Assembly: GCA_965248055.1 (NCBI GenBank)
Contig: CBDFIJ010000004.1
Location: forward strand, 3,264,001 to 3,328,000
Reading direction: 5' to 3'
DNA from: Candidatus Multivoradales bacterium
GTDB taxonomy: Bacteria > Acidobacteriota > Thermoanaerobaculia > Multivoradales > JAHEKO01
Length of the DNA: 64,000 nucleotides
The position numbers were made by a program, and so were the translations under genes. The notes under the pieces were generated by a model. That model saw only the letters and a program-made list of their open reading frames with translations. It was not told the origin of the DNA and made no database searches. This document shows, one piece after another, positions 1 to 10,300 of this stretch. How positions within the stretch are numbered: the stretch's first letter is position 1; each line of letters begins with the position of its first letter.

Positions 1-1
1 G

Positions 2-208
2 CAGAAATTCCGTGGCCAGTTGGGCATGGCTGACAATCTTCGGATATTCCAAGTTCATCTCAGCGATGGCACTAGCGCTTCAACCAAAACCGCGAGCAAG
101 ACCCATGGTGGGTTCGACAACGACGTCGTCACCATGAATCACGCGCTGCGCTCGATTCTCGGGAAAGACCCAGTGCGCGAGTTCACCAACAATGATCTTA
201 AGTACTGA
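2..208 (+). CDS. C-terminal end of a hypothetical protein (possibly alpha/beta-hydrolase-like), truncated by the window edge
   Basis: Frame open from base 2 to TGA at 208; contains THGGFDNDxxTMN. Confidence 0.45.
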   Translation, partial: QKFRGQLGMADNLRIFQVHLSDGTSASTKTASKTHGGFDNDVVTMNHALRSILGKDPVREFTNNDLKY

Positions 209-287
209 AGGTGACCAATGCTCCTGCTGCCCTTGTTGACCACGCACGGCAACCACAAACCAACTGGCGAAAGATAGGGGCGCACAA

Positions 288-1418
288 ATGTCGAACATAG
301 ATTTCAGCATCGTCGATTCGGTCGGTGGTCTATTGGACAAGCATAAGGACCGGCTAGGTCCGTTTCACCAGCCGCTTTCCATTCTCTTAGGGGCGGTAAT
401 TTTCATGCTTATCTTTGCAGCTCTGATTGGCATGCCGCTGCTCCTGGATACTAGCTTTCGTAATATCGCATTGGTGCAGTTCACCCTTGTCGCTGTCTAT
501 TTCATGCTATTGGTGACCATTAAGCAGAGCGTGTCCGACCGCTTTGTATTCTGTTTAGTGCTGTTTGTCGTGGCAGCAGCCGGCCCAGTCTTGATTACCA
601 ACGAGAGCTTCCTCAATGTCATTCGTGAAGACAATGGGAGCGCGGCACCACTGGTCGTCAAGCTTCTCAAGGATCTTCCCAAGCAAGAGGTATTTCTATA
701 CGCGTTCTTACGTGGGCTTGGAAACGTGCTGTGGAGTATTCCTTTGTTGTTTATGTTCTACACCTTTTATCCCTTATACGAGAAGGTGGGCAAAGATCGA
801 ATCCGGGTGCAAGCTAGAAATGCCGCAGCGATTGCCCTATTTCTGCAGGCTGCTGCTGCGGTCATGGTGCCGTGGTTGGGTGGCGCGGCAAAGGGCTTTG
901 CAGAGTTATCGCCTGGGTTGGGCAACCTTGGGGGCAAGATCCAGCAATACCAAACGGCGTATTTGGTTTTCTTCGGGCTGTATCTCGCCGTTGGTTTCCT
1001 GACTGTACTGGCTGCCAGGTTTGGCTTCGGCGGCGATGATCGGCGCTGGCTAGCGATCGTGGCGGCAGGATTGGTAATTTGTCAGACGTTGTATGTGATA
1101 TCGAGTTACAACGGACAGCAGGTCAACCGGCGATTTCCCGGTGCGGTGACGACGGCTAACGCCGTAGATATTTATCGTTTGGAGTCCGAGGCAAAAGTGA
1201 TTGTATTTACCAACTCTCGGCTGCGCAAGATTAGCTCAAAGACATTCAACTCATATGTCACGTATGCGGTGTGCGAAGGGTGTGATGGGGAGTTTTCCTT
1301 CAAGGTCATGGATCAAGACGTTTTTTATGAGAGGTTTATGTCTGTCGATGAGGATGCGATCTCGGATCCCGAGTTCTTCTTTTGCCCATCGGACGCGCCC
1401 AAGTGTTCCTCCATGTGA
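288..1418 (+). CDS. hypothetical multi-pass membrane protein
   Basis: 376-aa ORF with many hydrophobic segments; more AT-rich than the downstream genes. Confidence 0.6.
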   Translation: MSNIDFSIVDSVGGLLDKHKDRLGPFHQPLSILLGAVIFMLIFAALIGMPLLLDTSFRNIALVQFTLVAVYFMLLVTIKQSVSDRFVFCLVLFVVAAAGPVLITNESFLNVIREDNGSAAPLVVKLLKDLPKQEVFLYAFLRGLGNVLWSIPLLFMFYTFYPLYEKVGKDRIRVQARNAAAIALFLQAAAAVMVPWLGGAAKGFAELSPGLGNLGGKIQQYQTAYLVFFGLYLAVGFLTVLAARFGFGGDDRRWLAIVAAGLVICQTLYVISSYNGQQVNRRFPGAVTTANAVDIYRLESEAKVIVFTNSRLRKISSKTFNSYVTYAVCEGCDGEFSFKVMDQDVFYERFMSVDEDAISDPEFFFCPSDAPKCSSM

Positions 1419-1578
1419 GTTCGGCCGAGCAAAGTGGACCCTCGGACCCGTCGAAAAACTATCGCCCAGTCGATTTCGTCTTTCTGATCATTTTCCCTCT
1501 AGGCGGTCTAATGAAGAGGCAGTGGTGTCTCCGTTTGTTTTGGTTCGCGCGGGAGGGCGGGCGCGTAGAATTGCCCAA

Positions 1579-2742
1579 ATGAGTGCTCCGTTGCATGTCT
1601 TAGCCCTTGAACCCTACTACGGGGGCAGCCATCGTGCGTTCCTAGATGGATGGAGTCAGCGTTCACAGCATCAATTCACGTTATTGACGCTGCCGCCGCA
1701 TAAATGGAAATGGCGAATGCGTCAGTCTGCGCCGTTGTTCTCGGCTGAGGTCTCTCAGCGCCACGATCAAGGAGAGAGTTGGGATGTGGTTTGGGCCAGT
1801 GACATGGTTTCGCTGGCGGAGTTTCGTGGCTTGGCGCCTCGGCCGGTGGCAAATCTGCCGACCGTGCTCTACTTCCACGAGAATCAGTTGACCTATCCGG
1901 TGCGGTTCGAGAAGGAGCGGGACTGGCATTTTGGTCTCACCAATTTGGTTTCGGCGTTGGCCGCCGACGAGATTTGGTTCAACTCAGATTTTCATCGCAA
2001 TGATTTGATCGCGGCGATTCTCGATTTTGTTTCCAAGATGCCCGACTTTGAACCGGTCTCTTGGGCATCCCAGATTGAGGTCAAATCACAGGTCCAGCCG
2101 CCCGGCGTTGAGGTGGAGACCGAGCCGCAGCAATCTTCGGGACCGTTGCGCATCGCCTGGGCCGCGCGCTGGGAACACGACAAAGGACCGGAGCTACTGT
2201 TCGCCGCGTTGGATCGTTTGATGGATGACGGTGTCGAGTTTGAAATTGCGGTGATGGGCGAGACCTTTCGCGAAAGCCCGGCGATTTTCGAGCAAGCCCG
2301 CGAACGTCTGGGCTCGCGGGTTACTGCTTGGGGTTTTCAGGCTGAGCGGGCTGACTACCAGCGAAGGCTGGCAGCCTCGGATGTCTTTGTTTCTACCGCA
2401 GAGCATGAGTTTTTTGGCATTGCCGCGGTGGAAGCGGCGCTGCTGGGGGGGCTGCCTGTATTGCCAAGCGCGCTCAGCTACCCTGAGGTGTTTGCCGACC
2501 AGGCGGCCGATCAGAAGGCATCTCGGAAGACCGGAGAAGGAGTGGTTTTTCACGACAACACCAGCCAAGGGATCGCTGAGGCACTACAGCGGCTGGCGGA
2601 CAAAAAACGCGCAGCGGGCACTCTCGTGACTGGGGCAAAGACCACCGCCGCAAAGACCCTGGCCAGGTACACCTGGCAACAGAGAGCCCCAGAGATGGAT
2701 CGCAGATTGGCCGACATGGTCTGCCCCACAAGGCGATGCTAG
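1579..2742 (+). CDS. DUF3524/GT-B glycosyltransferase (GTDC1/QTMAN-like)
   Basis: LEPYYGGSH, KWKWRMR, YFHENQLTYP, RWEHDKGP and EFFGIAAVEA motifs. Confidence 0.85.
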   Translation: MSAPLHVLALEPYYGGSHRAFLDGWSQRSQHQFTLLTLPPHKWKWRMRQSAPLFSAEVSQRHDQGESWDVVWASDMVSLAEFRGLAPRPVANLPTVLYFHENQLTYPVRFEKERDWHFGLTNLVSALAADEIWFNSDFHRNDLIAAILDFVSKMPDFEPVSWASQIEVKSQVQPPGVEVETEPQQSSGPLRIAWAARWEHDKGPELLFAALDRLMDDGVEFEIAVMGETFRESPAIFEQARERLGSRVTAWGFQAERADYQRRLAASDVFVSTAEHEFFGIAAVEAALLGGLPVLPSALSYPEVFADQAADQKASRKTGEGVVFHDNTSQGIAEALQRLADKKRAAGTLVTGAKTTAAKTLARYTWQQRAPEMDRRLADMVCPTRRC

Positions 2743-2855
2743 AGTCCGCATCGCACCAACCCGACTCCAACGCCGGGTGGTCCACCAAGCATTACCAGCA
2801 TCAACTTTCTCAAGCGATAGTCCGGATTGACAAATTCCATATCGCAAGGATTTCT

Positions 2856-3713
2856 ATGACCACCGAAAACAGCTCTTCCGATCGATTGATCAAGATCGCC
2901 CACAGTCCAGACTCTGATGACGCGTTCATGTTCTACGCCTTGACCCAAGATGTCCTGGACACCAGTGGGTTGCGGATTGAGCACGTACTCGCGGATATCG
3001 AGTCGCTGAACCAGGCGGCTCGGGAAGGCACTTACGAGATCAGTGCTATTTCGATCCACGGATACGCATACCTTGCCGATCAATACGACCTGATGCCTTC
3101 AGGTGCCAGTTTCGGCGACGGCTATGGTCCGGTAGTGGTGACTCAGCAGGCGACGACCCGCGAGCAATTGGCAGGAAAACGCGTCGCTATTCCTGGCGAT
3201 TGGACCACCGCTCACTTGGCACTGCGCCTGTGGCAACCGGAAGTGGAGACCGTGGTGGTGCCGTTTGACCAGATCATGGATCGAGTGACCGACGGATCGG
3301 TCGACGCCGGGGTGGTGATTCACGAAGGTCAGCTGACCTATGGTGATGAAGGGCTGCAACTGGTCGAAGACTTGGGTGCATGGTGGGGGCGGGAACAGGG
3401 TGGACCGTTGCCGCTGGGAGCAAACGGAATTCGTCGCGATCTCGACCCGGACCTCAAACAACGGCTGTGTACTTTGCTGCGCCAAAGCATTGACTACGCG
3501 TTGGAGAATCGAGCGGAAGGTCTAGAGTACGCCAGCCGCTACGCTCGGGGGATCGAAGACGATCCGGTGCGTTCCGATCGATTTGTCGGCATGTACGTTA
3601 ACCATTGGACTCAGGACTATGGCCCAGAGGGCCGTCGTGCGGTGCAGTTGTTGTTGGATCGCGCCGCCGACGCTGGGTTGATTCCGCAGCGGATTGAAGC
3701 GACGTTTCTCTAG
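2856..3713 (+). CDS. mqnD: 1,4-dihydroxy-6-naphthoate synthase (MqnA/MqnD family, futalosine pathway)
   Basis: HSPDSDDAFMFYAL, VIHEGQLTY, PLPLG and FVGMYVN motifs. Confidence 0.85.
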   Translation: MTTENSSSDRLIKIAHSPDSDDAFMFYALTQDVLDTSGLRIEHVLADIESLNQAAREGTYEISAISIHGYAYLADQYDLMPSGASFGDGYGPVVVTQQATTREQLAGKRVAIPGDWTTAHLALRLWQPEVETVVVPFDQIMDRVTDGSVDAGVVIHEGQLTYGDEGLQLVEDLGAWWGREQGGPLPLGANGIRRDLDPDLKQRLCTLLRQSIDYALENRAEGLEYASRYARGIEDDPVRSDRFVGMYVNHWTQDYGPEGRRAVQLLLDRAADAGLIPQRIEATFL

Positions 3714-3804
3714 TCGGTAGCGACAGCTTGTGTCTGGTGCCCTGTTATCGGCGCCCGCTGGGCCCATCTCAAGGGGCACAGCTTGATCGTACTGTGGCGT
3801 CGAT

Positions 3805-4200
3805 TCAGGAATGGCCGGGAAGCACAAACCGGTGTGGCAGCAATTCACTCAACGAATATTCGACGCTGTTCCCAGCTAGGTTGATCAAGCGAATTTCAAG
3901 TTCATCGGCGAACTCGGCCAGAACCTGACGACAGGCACCGCAAGGTGGCGCTGGGGGACTGACGTCGGTGATCACCACAATCCTACGCATCGACAGATGA
4001 CCTGCGCTGACCGCGGCTTGAATCGCTGATCGCTCGGCGCACACTGTGAGTGGAAAGCTGCGGTTCTCGACGTTGGCGCCAGAGAACACCTCACCGGACG
4101 CCGTCTCGACTGCCGCGCCGACTGGAAATTGACTGTAAGGACAGTGGGCGTTTTGCCGAGCTTGGGTGGCTGCCAATTCGAGTTGTTGCCAATTCGCCAT
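3805..4200 (-). CDS. cdd: cytidine deaminase
   Basis: PYSQFPVGAA, GANVEN, CAERSA and PCGACRQ zinc motifs. Confidence 0.93.
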   Translation of the reverse strand: MANWQQLELAATQARQNAHCPYSQFPVGAAVETASGEVFSGANVENRSFPLTVCAERSAIQAAVSAGHLSMRRIVVITDVSPPAPPCGACRQVLAEFADELEIRLINLAGNSVEYSLSELLPHRFVLPGHS

Positions 4201-4315
4201 CAGGTATGCTCCGAAACCGCCAGCAATCTAACACGGCTGTGATATTTTGCCGGTTCACCGCGAGTGGGCAGTCGGGATTACGACTGGCTTTTGCGTGGAA
4301 TCTAAGGAGGATAAG

Positions 4316-5566
4316 TTGTCGAGTTCCGTTCCCAATCCGACCCCACCGAGCGACGGTCAAGAGATCGAGTGGTACGACCAGATTCTGAAGGTACCCGATC
4401 GCCCGATCATTCCGTTTATCGAGGGAGACGGGATTGGCCCCGATATTTGGCGCGCCACCCAAAGGGTCGTCGACGCTGCGGTGGAGAAGAGCTATGGCGG
4501 TGCCAAGTCGATCGCCTGGATGGAGATCCTCGCCGGCGCCAAGGCGAAAGAAATGACCGATGAATGGCTTCCCGCGGTAACTGTGGACGCTATCCGCCAC
4601 TACCGAGCGGCGATCAAGGGCCCATTGACCACCCCAGTTGGTGGTGGCATTCGCAGCCTTAACGTCAGCCTGCGTCAGACCCTGGATCTCTATGCCTGCG
4701 TGCGGCCGGTGCGCTATATCCCTGGGGTTCCGTCCCCGGTTCGAGAACCCAAGAAAGTGGACATGGTGATCTTTCGCGAGAACACCGAGGACGTCTACGC
4801 GGGAATCGAGTGGGAGGAGGGTTCTCGCGGCGCTGAAGAAGTGATCGAGTTCTTGCGCAACAAGCTGGGCAAACGCGTACGGGCCGACAGCGGCATCGGC
4901 ATCAAGCCGATTTCCAAAACCGGCTCACAGCGTTTGGTGCGCAAAGCGATTCAACACGCCCTTGACCAGAGCCGCGACAGCGTTACGCTGATGCACAAGG
5001 GCAACATCATGAAGTTCACAGAGGGAGCATTCAAGCAGTGGGGTTACGATTTGGCCGCTAGCGAATATGCCGACCAGACGGTGAGTGAAACAGAACTGTG
5101 GGAAAACCACGAAGGAGTACAGCCCGAAGGCAAAGTGCTGATCAAGGACCGGATCGCCGACGCCATGTTCCAGCAGATTTTGCTCCGTCCTTCGGAGTAC
5201 CAGGTGATCGCCACTACCAATCTCAATGGTGACTATCTGTCCGACGCTTTGGCCGCCCAGGTCGGTGGATTGGGTATGGCCCCGGGGAGCAATGAAGGTG
5301 ACGGTCTGGCACTGTTTGAGGCCACGCACGGCACCGCGCCGAAGTACGCCGGTCAAGACAAAGTCAATCCTGGGTCGCTGATCCTTTCCGCGGTGATGAT
5401 GTTGCGCTGGCTGGGTTGGCATGAGCCTGCGGTTTCGGTCGAGGCGGCGTTGGAGCGCACCGTAGGCGAGAAGCGCGTCACCTACGACCTTGAGCGACAG
5501 ATGAAAGGTGCCACCTTGCTCAAGACCTCGGAATTTGCCGATGCCATCATCGGCAATCTAAGCTAG
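4316..5566 (+). CDS. icd: NADP-dependent isocitrate dehydrogenase
   Basis: [27 protein letters not shown] and [12 protein letters not shown]; AAGGAGG RBS before TTG at 4316. Confidence 0.95.
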   Translation: MSSSVPNPTPPSDGQEIEWYDQILKVPDRPIIPFIEGDGIGPDIWRATQRVVDAAVEKSYGGAKSIAWMEILAGAKAKEMTDEWLPAVTVDAIRHYRAAIKGPLTTPVGGGIRSLNVSLRQTLDLYACVRPVRYIPGVPSPVREPKKVDMVIFRENTEDVYAGIEWEEGSRGAEEVIEFLRNKLGKRVRADSGIGIKPISKTGSQRLVRKAIQHALDQSRDSVTLMHKGNIMKFTEGAFKQWGYDLAASEYADQTVSETELWENHEGVQPEGKVLIKDRIADAMFQQILLRPSEYQVIATTNLNGDYLSDALAAQVGGLGMAPGSNEGDGLALFEATHGTAPKYAGQDKVNPGSLILSAVMMLRWLGWHEPAVSVEAALERTVGEKRVTYDLERQMKGATLLKTSEFADAIIGNLS

Positions 5567-5683
5567 CGCGACGTAGCCGATACTACGTCTCGATTTTGAT
5601 CAGCGTCTCGATTTCGAGCGGGGAGGAAACTCCACCAACTTCTGACCGTATATCCGGTAGTTGCTCGGGCAACGGAGGAATCA

Positions 5684-8104
5684 ATGAAAAAGTTACATTG
5701 GGCTACTTGGCTGGCCGTGGGGATCGTCGGTCTGGTGGCGTTGGTTGGCTTGTATCCCAGGCTGTTTCCGCTGGCTCCCACCGATTGGACCATCTCTCGA
5801 CCCGAAGCGATCAATATCGCCCTGGAGCGGTTCTATGACCTGGGAGAGCCGGTCGAGGATCCCTATGTTGTGGTTCAACTCGCCGGTTCCAGCGCTTTCG
5901 AGTGGTATGCGCTAGAGACCGCCACCCCGGAACATCTGGCCGAGTGGCGCCGGAGTCGTCCGGCTCAGGACGTGACCTTTTGGCGCGTCCGCGTCTACGC
6001 CCCGCAATCCAAGCCCGGAGAGTGGACCTATCAAGCGGCGATTGGTCTCGATGGGCGAGTCTTGGAACTTGCTCACCAATTGGATGAAGACAATGAGGCC
6101 GATGAGGACGGCTCGATCGATCTGGCGACCGCAGAAGCACTGGGCGAAGAGTTCTTACTACGCCAAGGCTTTGATTTGACCAAGCTTGGAGTACCGATCG
6201 AACGGTTGCAGACCGTTGTTAACCGGTTAGAAAGAACCCTGCGCTACGAGTCGCTTGAGTCCACCAACGGGGAAGCGTCTCCGTATGGAGTGGAAGTCAC
6301 CCTGGCGGACGAACGTGTCCTCGGAGTTCGAACTTGGTTTGATAACCCTCTGCAAGACGAATTTGCCGCAAGGGTGCAACCCGCGGTACTTCTGGGCAAC
6401 GCGAAGTTCTTGTTTACCATCTTGTCTTTGGTGCTGGTCGCGCCGCTGTTCATTCGTCGCTACCACCTGGGTGAGATTGGTGTCGGCCGCGGGCTGCGAA
6501 TTATGCTGGTTCTGGGAGGGATGCTGTTCACCCTGGCCCTGATGACGCTGGGTGCCTCCTCTGAAGGAACAAGCTTCGGCAACGTCCTCAGCCGGCGGTG
6601 GACAACGTGGCTGGTCGCCTTGCAGTTCATGATCATTTTCTACCTACCCATCGCAGTGGCGACATTTCTAAGTTGGGGAGTCGGCGAATCGATTTGCCGT
6701 GAGCGTTGGGGTCACAAACTGGCGGCGTTCGATTCGATGATGAAAGGGATGTGGGCCAATCGGACGGTGGCATCATCTATGTTTCGTGGAACCATGGCCG
6801 GACTGGGTCTGATTGGGCTGCTCTTCTTGGGTCAGCTCGGCGTGGTTGCGGTCGGGGGCAAAACACTTTTCAATTTCAATATGGGTCCGTTTTATGAAGG
6901 ATCCTTCTTTCCTGGGATCGCGATAGTTCTGCTGATTGTTGGATTTGCATTACAAATGGAACTGTATGGCCGACTATTGGCGGTAGCCATTCTGAGTAGA
7001 CCTCTGGGCAAAGTGTTTGGTGCTGTGGCTGCGGCTCTATTCGCCACGGTCTTTTTCTTTTCCAGCGGCGTCGGAGTGGTGCCGTTGCTGCCGTCGCTTG
7101 CACTCGCGTTTGTTATTCAGTTGGCGTTGGTGTGCCTGTTTCTACGCTTCGATTTGCTCACCAGCCTCCTGGCCTCGGTGGTGAGCGGTCTGGTGTTGTC
7201 GGCTTACCCATGGCTGCTTGCCGAAGATGTCTGGGTCCAGGTGCAGGGCGTGATCCCTGCACTCCTGGCCTTTGTACCGATGCTCGCGACCGTACGTTAC
7301 TTGGGAAGTGAGCGCCGGTTTGAGTATCGCTACGACGACATTCCACCGCATGTTCGGCGCATTGCCGATCGTGAGCGCCAACGGGTGGAACTCGACACAG
7401 CGCGCAATATTCAGGCCTCGATTCTTCCCCAGCTTCCTCCCCGCTTAAACGGCGTGGATCTCTCGCACGCTTACATACCAGCAACCGAGGTCGGTGGCGA
7501 CTTCTACGACGTTTTGGCGCTTGAGGATGGTCGTTTGGCGATGGCGGTGGGCGACGTCGCCGGGCACGGGGTTTCCTCCGGTTTGGTGATGTCGATGGCC
7601 AAGTCCGCGCTGGCGGTGCAGGTCACCTTTGACCCTCGAGTGCGCTCGGTCTTCGGCACCCTCAATCGCATGGTTTATCAAAGCGCTCGCAAACGTATGT
7701 TGACCACCTTGGTCTACGCGGTGATGGATCCCCAGACCGGGGAAACCGAGTACGCATCCGCCGGCCATCTATTTCCCTACCGCATCAAAGGCAACGGCGA
7801 CGTGATTGCACTTGAGTCAGTGGCTTATCCACTCGGAGTGAGAGAGGTGATTGATGTCACCGTTCGCTCCGAAAAGCTCGATCCCGGCGACATCCTGTTT
7901 CTTTACAGCGACGGAGTGGTTGAAGGCCGAGCCGAAGGCAGCGATGATCTATTTGGCTTTGAGCGTTTACAGGAGAGCCTCAAGAGGCACGCTGGCGGCG
8001 GCGTTGACGCCTTGCGCAATGGCGTTTTGGAGGACTTGCGTGAGTTCACCAAGAACGGTCCTCAGGAAGATGACGTCACCATCTTGGTGGCTAAAGTCGC
8101 CTAG
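5684..8104 (+). CDS. membrane-bound PP2C/SpoIIE (RsbU-like) Ser phosphatase
   Basis: Many TM helices; C-terminal VGGDFYD, GDVAGHG, SAGH, YSDGVVE and DDVT motifs. Confidence 0.88.
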   Translation: MKKLHWATWLAVGIVGLVALVGLYPRLFPLAPTDWTISRPEAINIALERFYDLGEPVEDPYVVVQLAGSSAFEWYALETATPEHLAEWRRSRPAQDVTFWRVRVYAPQSKPGEWTYQAAIGLDGRVLELAHQLDEDNEADEDGSIDLATAEALGEEFLLRQGFDLTKLGVPIERLQTVVNRLERTLRYESLESTNGEASPYGVEVTLADERVLGVRTWFDNPLQDEFAARVQPAVLLGNAKFLFTILSLVLVAPLFIRRYHLGEIGVGRGLRIMLVLGGMLFTLALMTLGASSEGTSFGNVLSRRWTTWLVALQFMIIFYLPIAVATFLSWGVGESICRERWGHKLAAFDSMMKGMWANRTVASSMFRGTMAGLGLIGLLFLGQLGVVAVGGKTLFNFNMGPFYEGSFFPGIAIVLLIVGFALQMELYGRLLAVAILSRPLGKVFGAVAAALFATVFFFSSGVGVVPLLPSLALAFVIQLALVCLFLRFDLLTSLLASVVSGLVLSAYPWLLAEDVWVQVQGVIPALLAFVPMLATVRYLGSERRFEYRYDDIPPHVRRIADRERQRVELDTARNIQASILPQLPPRLNGVDLSHAYIPATEVGGDFYDVLALEDGRLAMAVGDVAGHGVSSGLVMSMAKSALAVQVTFDPRVRSVFGTLNRMVYQSARKRMLTTLVYAVMDPQTGETEYASAGHLFPYRIKGNGDVIALESVAYPLGVREVIDVTVRSEKLDPGDILFLYSDGVVEGRAEGSDDLFGFERLQESLKRHAGGGVDALRNGVLEDLREFTKNGPQEDDVTILVAKVA

Positions 8105-8172
8105 CCAGAGCTACGCTATCCCGGGTGAGCTAGCGAGCGAAAGGAGACGAGAGATCTGAGAGGTGACGACTG

Positions 8173-8196
8173 GTAGGGGAGGGGCTTCCGCCTTTC
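8173..8196 (+). repeat. degenerate GTAG-type REP-like element
   Basis: gtaggggagggg start matches the REPs at 14868 and at 15503/16732. Confidence 0.4.
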
Positions 8197-8264
8197 GCTG
8201 CCTCCGTCCTCTCGGGTGACGTGGCCCTCTCTGGCTGCTACAGTCGATCTGAAAAGGATAAGCC

Positions 8265-10139
8265 GTGAGGCAAAGCGATAGTCACATGCGTGGGAACCCT
8301 TCGGGAATCGCGGGCGCGTACTGCGGGTTTGCGCTACTTGTACTGATTGCCGCTTGCCCTGATGGCCTTGCAGCGAGCAATCCTGTTCCTAATATCCCCC
8401 CTGCTGACCCCTGGGGTGATTGGGCAAAGGTCCGGCAATCGCTGAAGCTAGAGCAGGTCCACCTGCCGTCTGTACCTCTGCGTTGGCGCTTTGGTGAGAA
8501 AAGTCGAAAGTTCGACATGCGAGCGGGCGTGGTTTACACCCTGAGCACAGAGCAAAAGCTGACCGCGATCGACGGCAGTAGCGGCGAGGTGATCTGGCAG
8601 CGCGAGGGGATTGTTGATTTCGTTGTAGCCGATGGTGCAATTGTCGCCCACTTATTGGCTTCCAACGCAGCTCCGACGTTCCAACGTCGCAATGATGCTC
8701 GCGCCAAGATTGCGTTCCTGGACTTCGCGGATGGTCGTGAATTTGAAGTGGTAGAGCTGCGACGGGGCCCTCGCAGGCTCGTTTTCCTGTCCGGATCGCC
8801 ACTGGCCATTGTCTTGGCGCCACACCGAGGTGACTGCGGGCCTCCGATCCTGGTGTTGATGGACTCCAGCTCCGGCGTGGTCACGAAGCGCCGCCGGCTC
8901 CGGCTGGACCGCCTCCGCGACACTGTGACCTTGGGCGGGCTCTTTGTGGCAAACGGAGGAAGAGATCAGCCCACCACCGCATTTTCCCTTTCGAATGCGA
9001 AAACCCAATGGACATCCGGCAAAGTTTGGGCGCATGGAGTGACGCCATTTCTCCAGCACGATCAACTGATCCTGACGCAGGACTATGGGCATGCTGGGGT
9101 ACCCACGGTGGCAATCAGTGTCGCGACTGGTGCTCATACGGAGTTACCACCTATTGAAGCGGCGAAGAAATACTCTGGTTTCAGAGTTCTGCGTAGTGGC
9201 CTGGGCCTTGCAGTCGGTGGCGAGAATTCGCAAATCCGCTTGGTTCGGTTCGACTCGAGTGCTGGGACAACTTTTTGGGATACGACTATCCCCTTGTATC
9301 CGGCGGGAGTGTTGTTAGATGGTAACGACCTCCACCTCTTCAGAGGCCGGCTGCTGGCGAGCCTGGACTGGTCTACTGGCCGCCATCGGAGACTGCGCTG
9401 GGGATATGGACATGACTTCCCAAGTATCGATGTTGATGCCCCCCAGGATTGCCGTTTGGTTGGCGAATCTCTTGCCGTGTGCCGCGTCGCGGAGACCTTG
9501 GCGGCTGTAGAACTAACGGCTGCATCTCCGCCAGTTTTTGCGCTTCAGTCCGCGGCCGATCTCTTGCGTGGAGCAGCTCGCAGTTTGGAAAATACTAGGC
9601 GGGATCTCATGCTGCGCTGGAAAGATGATGAGTACCTTGCGGCTGGATTAGTCAGGCGCCTAGAGCTGGATAGCCGAACCAAAGAAGAATTCCGTTATGC
9701 GGTGGATTCTTTGCATCAGCTTTCGTTGGAGGCGCCCATCTCCGCGCTCGTGAAGTGGCGCCTAGCCGAGAGCATACTCCCAAGCGAAGTGCCTGGAGTC
9801 GGTCCTTTGCCGATCAGGACCGCCATCGCAAGAAAGGCGAGAATCGAGGGGTTCGTCATTCTCACTGCGGACGTGGATCCGGAAAGCGGCGAACCCGTAG
9901 ATATTGTCGTAGCAAAGACCCTACCCCTGGGGCTGGACAACATGGCACGCAACGCTTTTCTAAAGTGGCGCTTTGAGCCAACGCGCGAGTTGAATCGGGT
10001 GTTTGCTGCGTTCTACTTCGGCCGCGATGATCCTGAAGAAGCTGCAGGTGTGGCTCTACTTGGGTGCGGTACGGAGATTAGTAGGGAGTATTGCAACAAA
10101 GTACATGAGTTCTTTGCTGGTACCGGGAGCTCGCGTTGA
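8265..10139 (+). CDS. exported PQQ/BamB-like beta-propeller protein with a TonB C-terminal-like domain
   Basis: Signal peptide; AIDGSSGEVIW-type repeats; ARKARIEGFVIL...LPLGLD...KWRFEP. Confidence 0.6.
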   Translation: MRQSDSHMRGNPSGIAGAYCGFALLVLIAACPDGLAASNPVPNIPPADPWGDWAKVRQSLKLEQVHLPSVPLRWRFGEKSRKFDMRAGVVYTLSTEQKLTAIDGSSGEVIWQREGIVDFVVADGAIVAHLLASNAAPTFQRRNDARAKIAFLDFADGREFEVVELRRGPRRLVFLSGSPLAIVLAPHRGDCGPPILVLMDSSSGVVTKRRRLRLDRLRDTVTLGGLFVANGGRDQPTTAFSLSNAKTQWTSGKVWAHGVTPFLQHDQLILTQDYGHAGVPTVAISVATGAHTELPPIEAAKKYSGFRVLRSGLGLAVGGENSQIRLVRFDSSAGTTFWDTTIPLYPAGVLLDGNDLHLFRGRLLASLDWSTGRHRRLRWGYGHDFPSIDVDAPQDCRLVGESLAVCRVAETLAAVELTAASPPVFALQSAADLLRGAARSLENTRRDLMLRWKDDEYLAAGLVRRLELDSRTKEEFRYAVDSLHQLSLEAPISALVKWRLAESILPSEVPGVGPLPIRTAIARKARIEGFVILTADVDPESGEPVDIVVAKTLPLGLDNMARNAFLKWRFEPTRELNRVFAAFYFGRDDPEEAAGVALLGCGTEISREYCNKVHEFFAGTGSSR

Positions 10140-10300
10140 TAACGCCGCGCGACCGTAGTCAAGAAGATCCCGTCACCTCTTAAGCCCTTTATACCCTCTC
10201 AGCCGCTTGATAAGCTGACGTTGCCGGAAGCAGCCATGCTCGCACGCTTGCGGCGTTTCATATCAGCAGCCCGATTCGAGTTCGGGATCAGGAGAACAAG

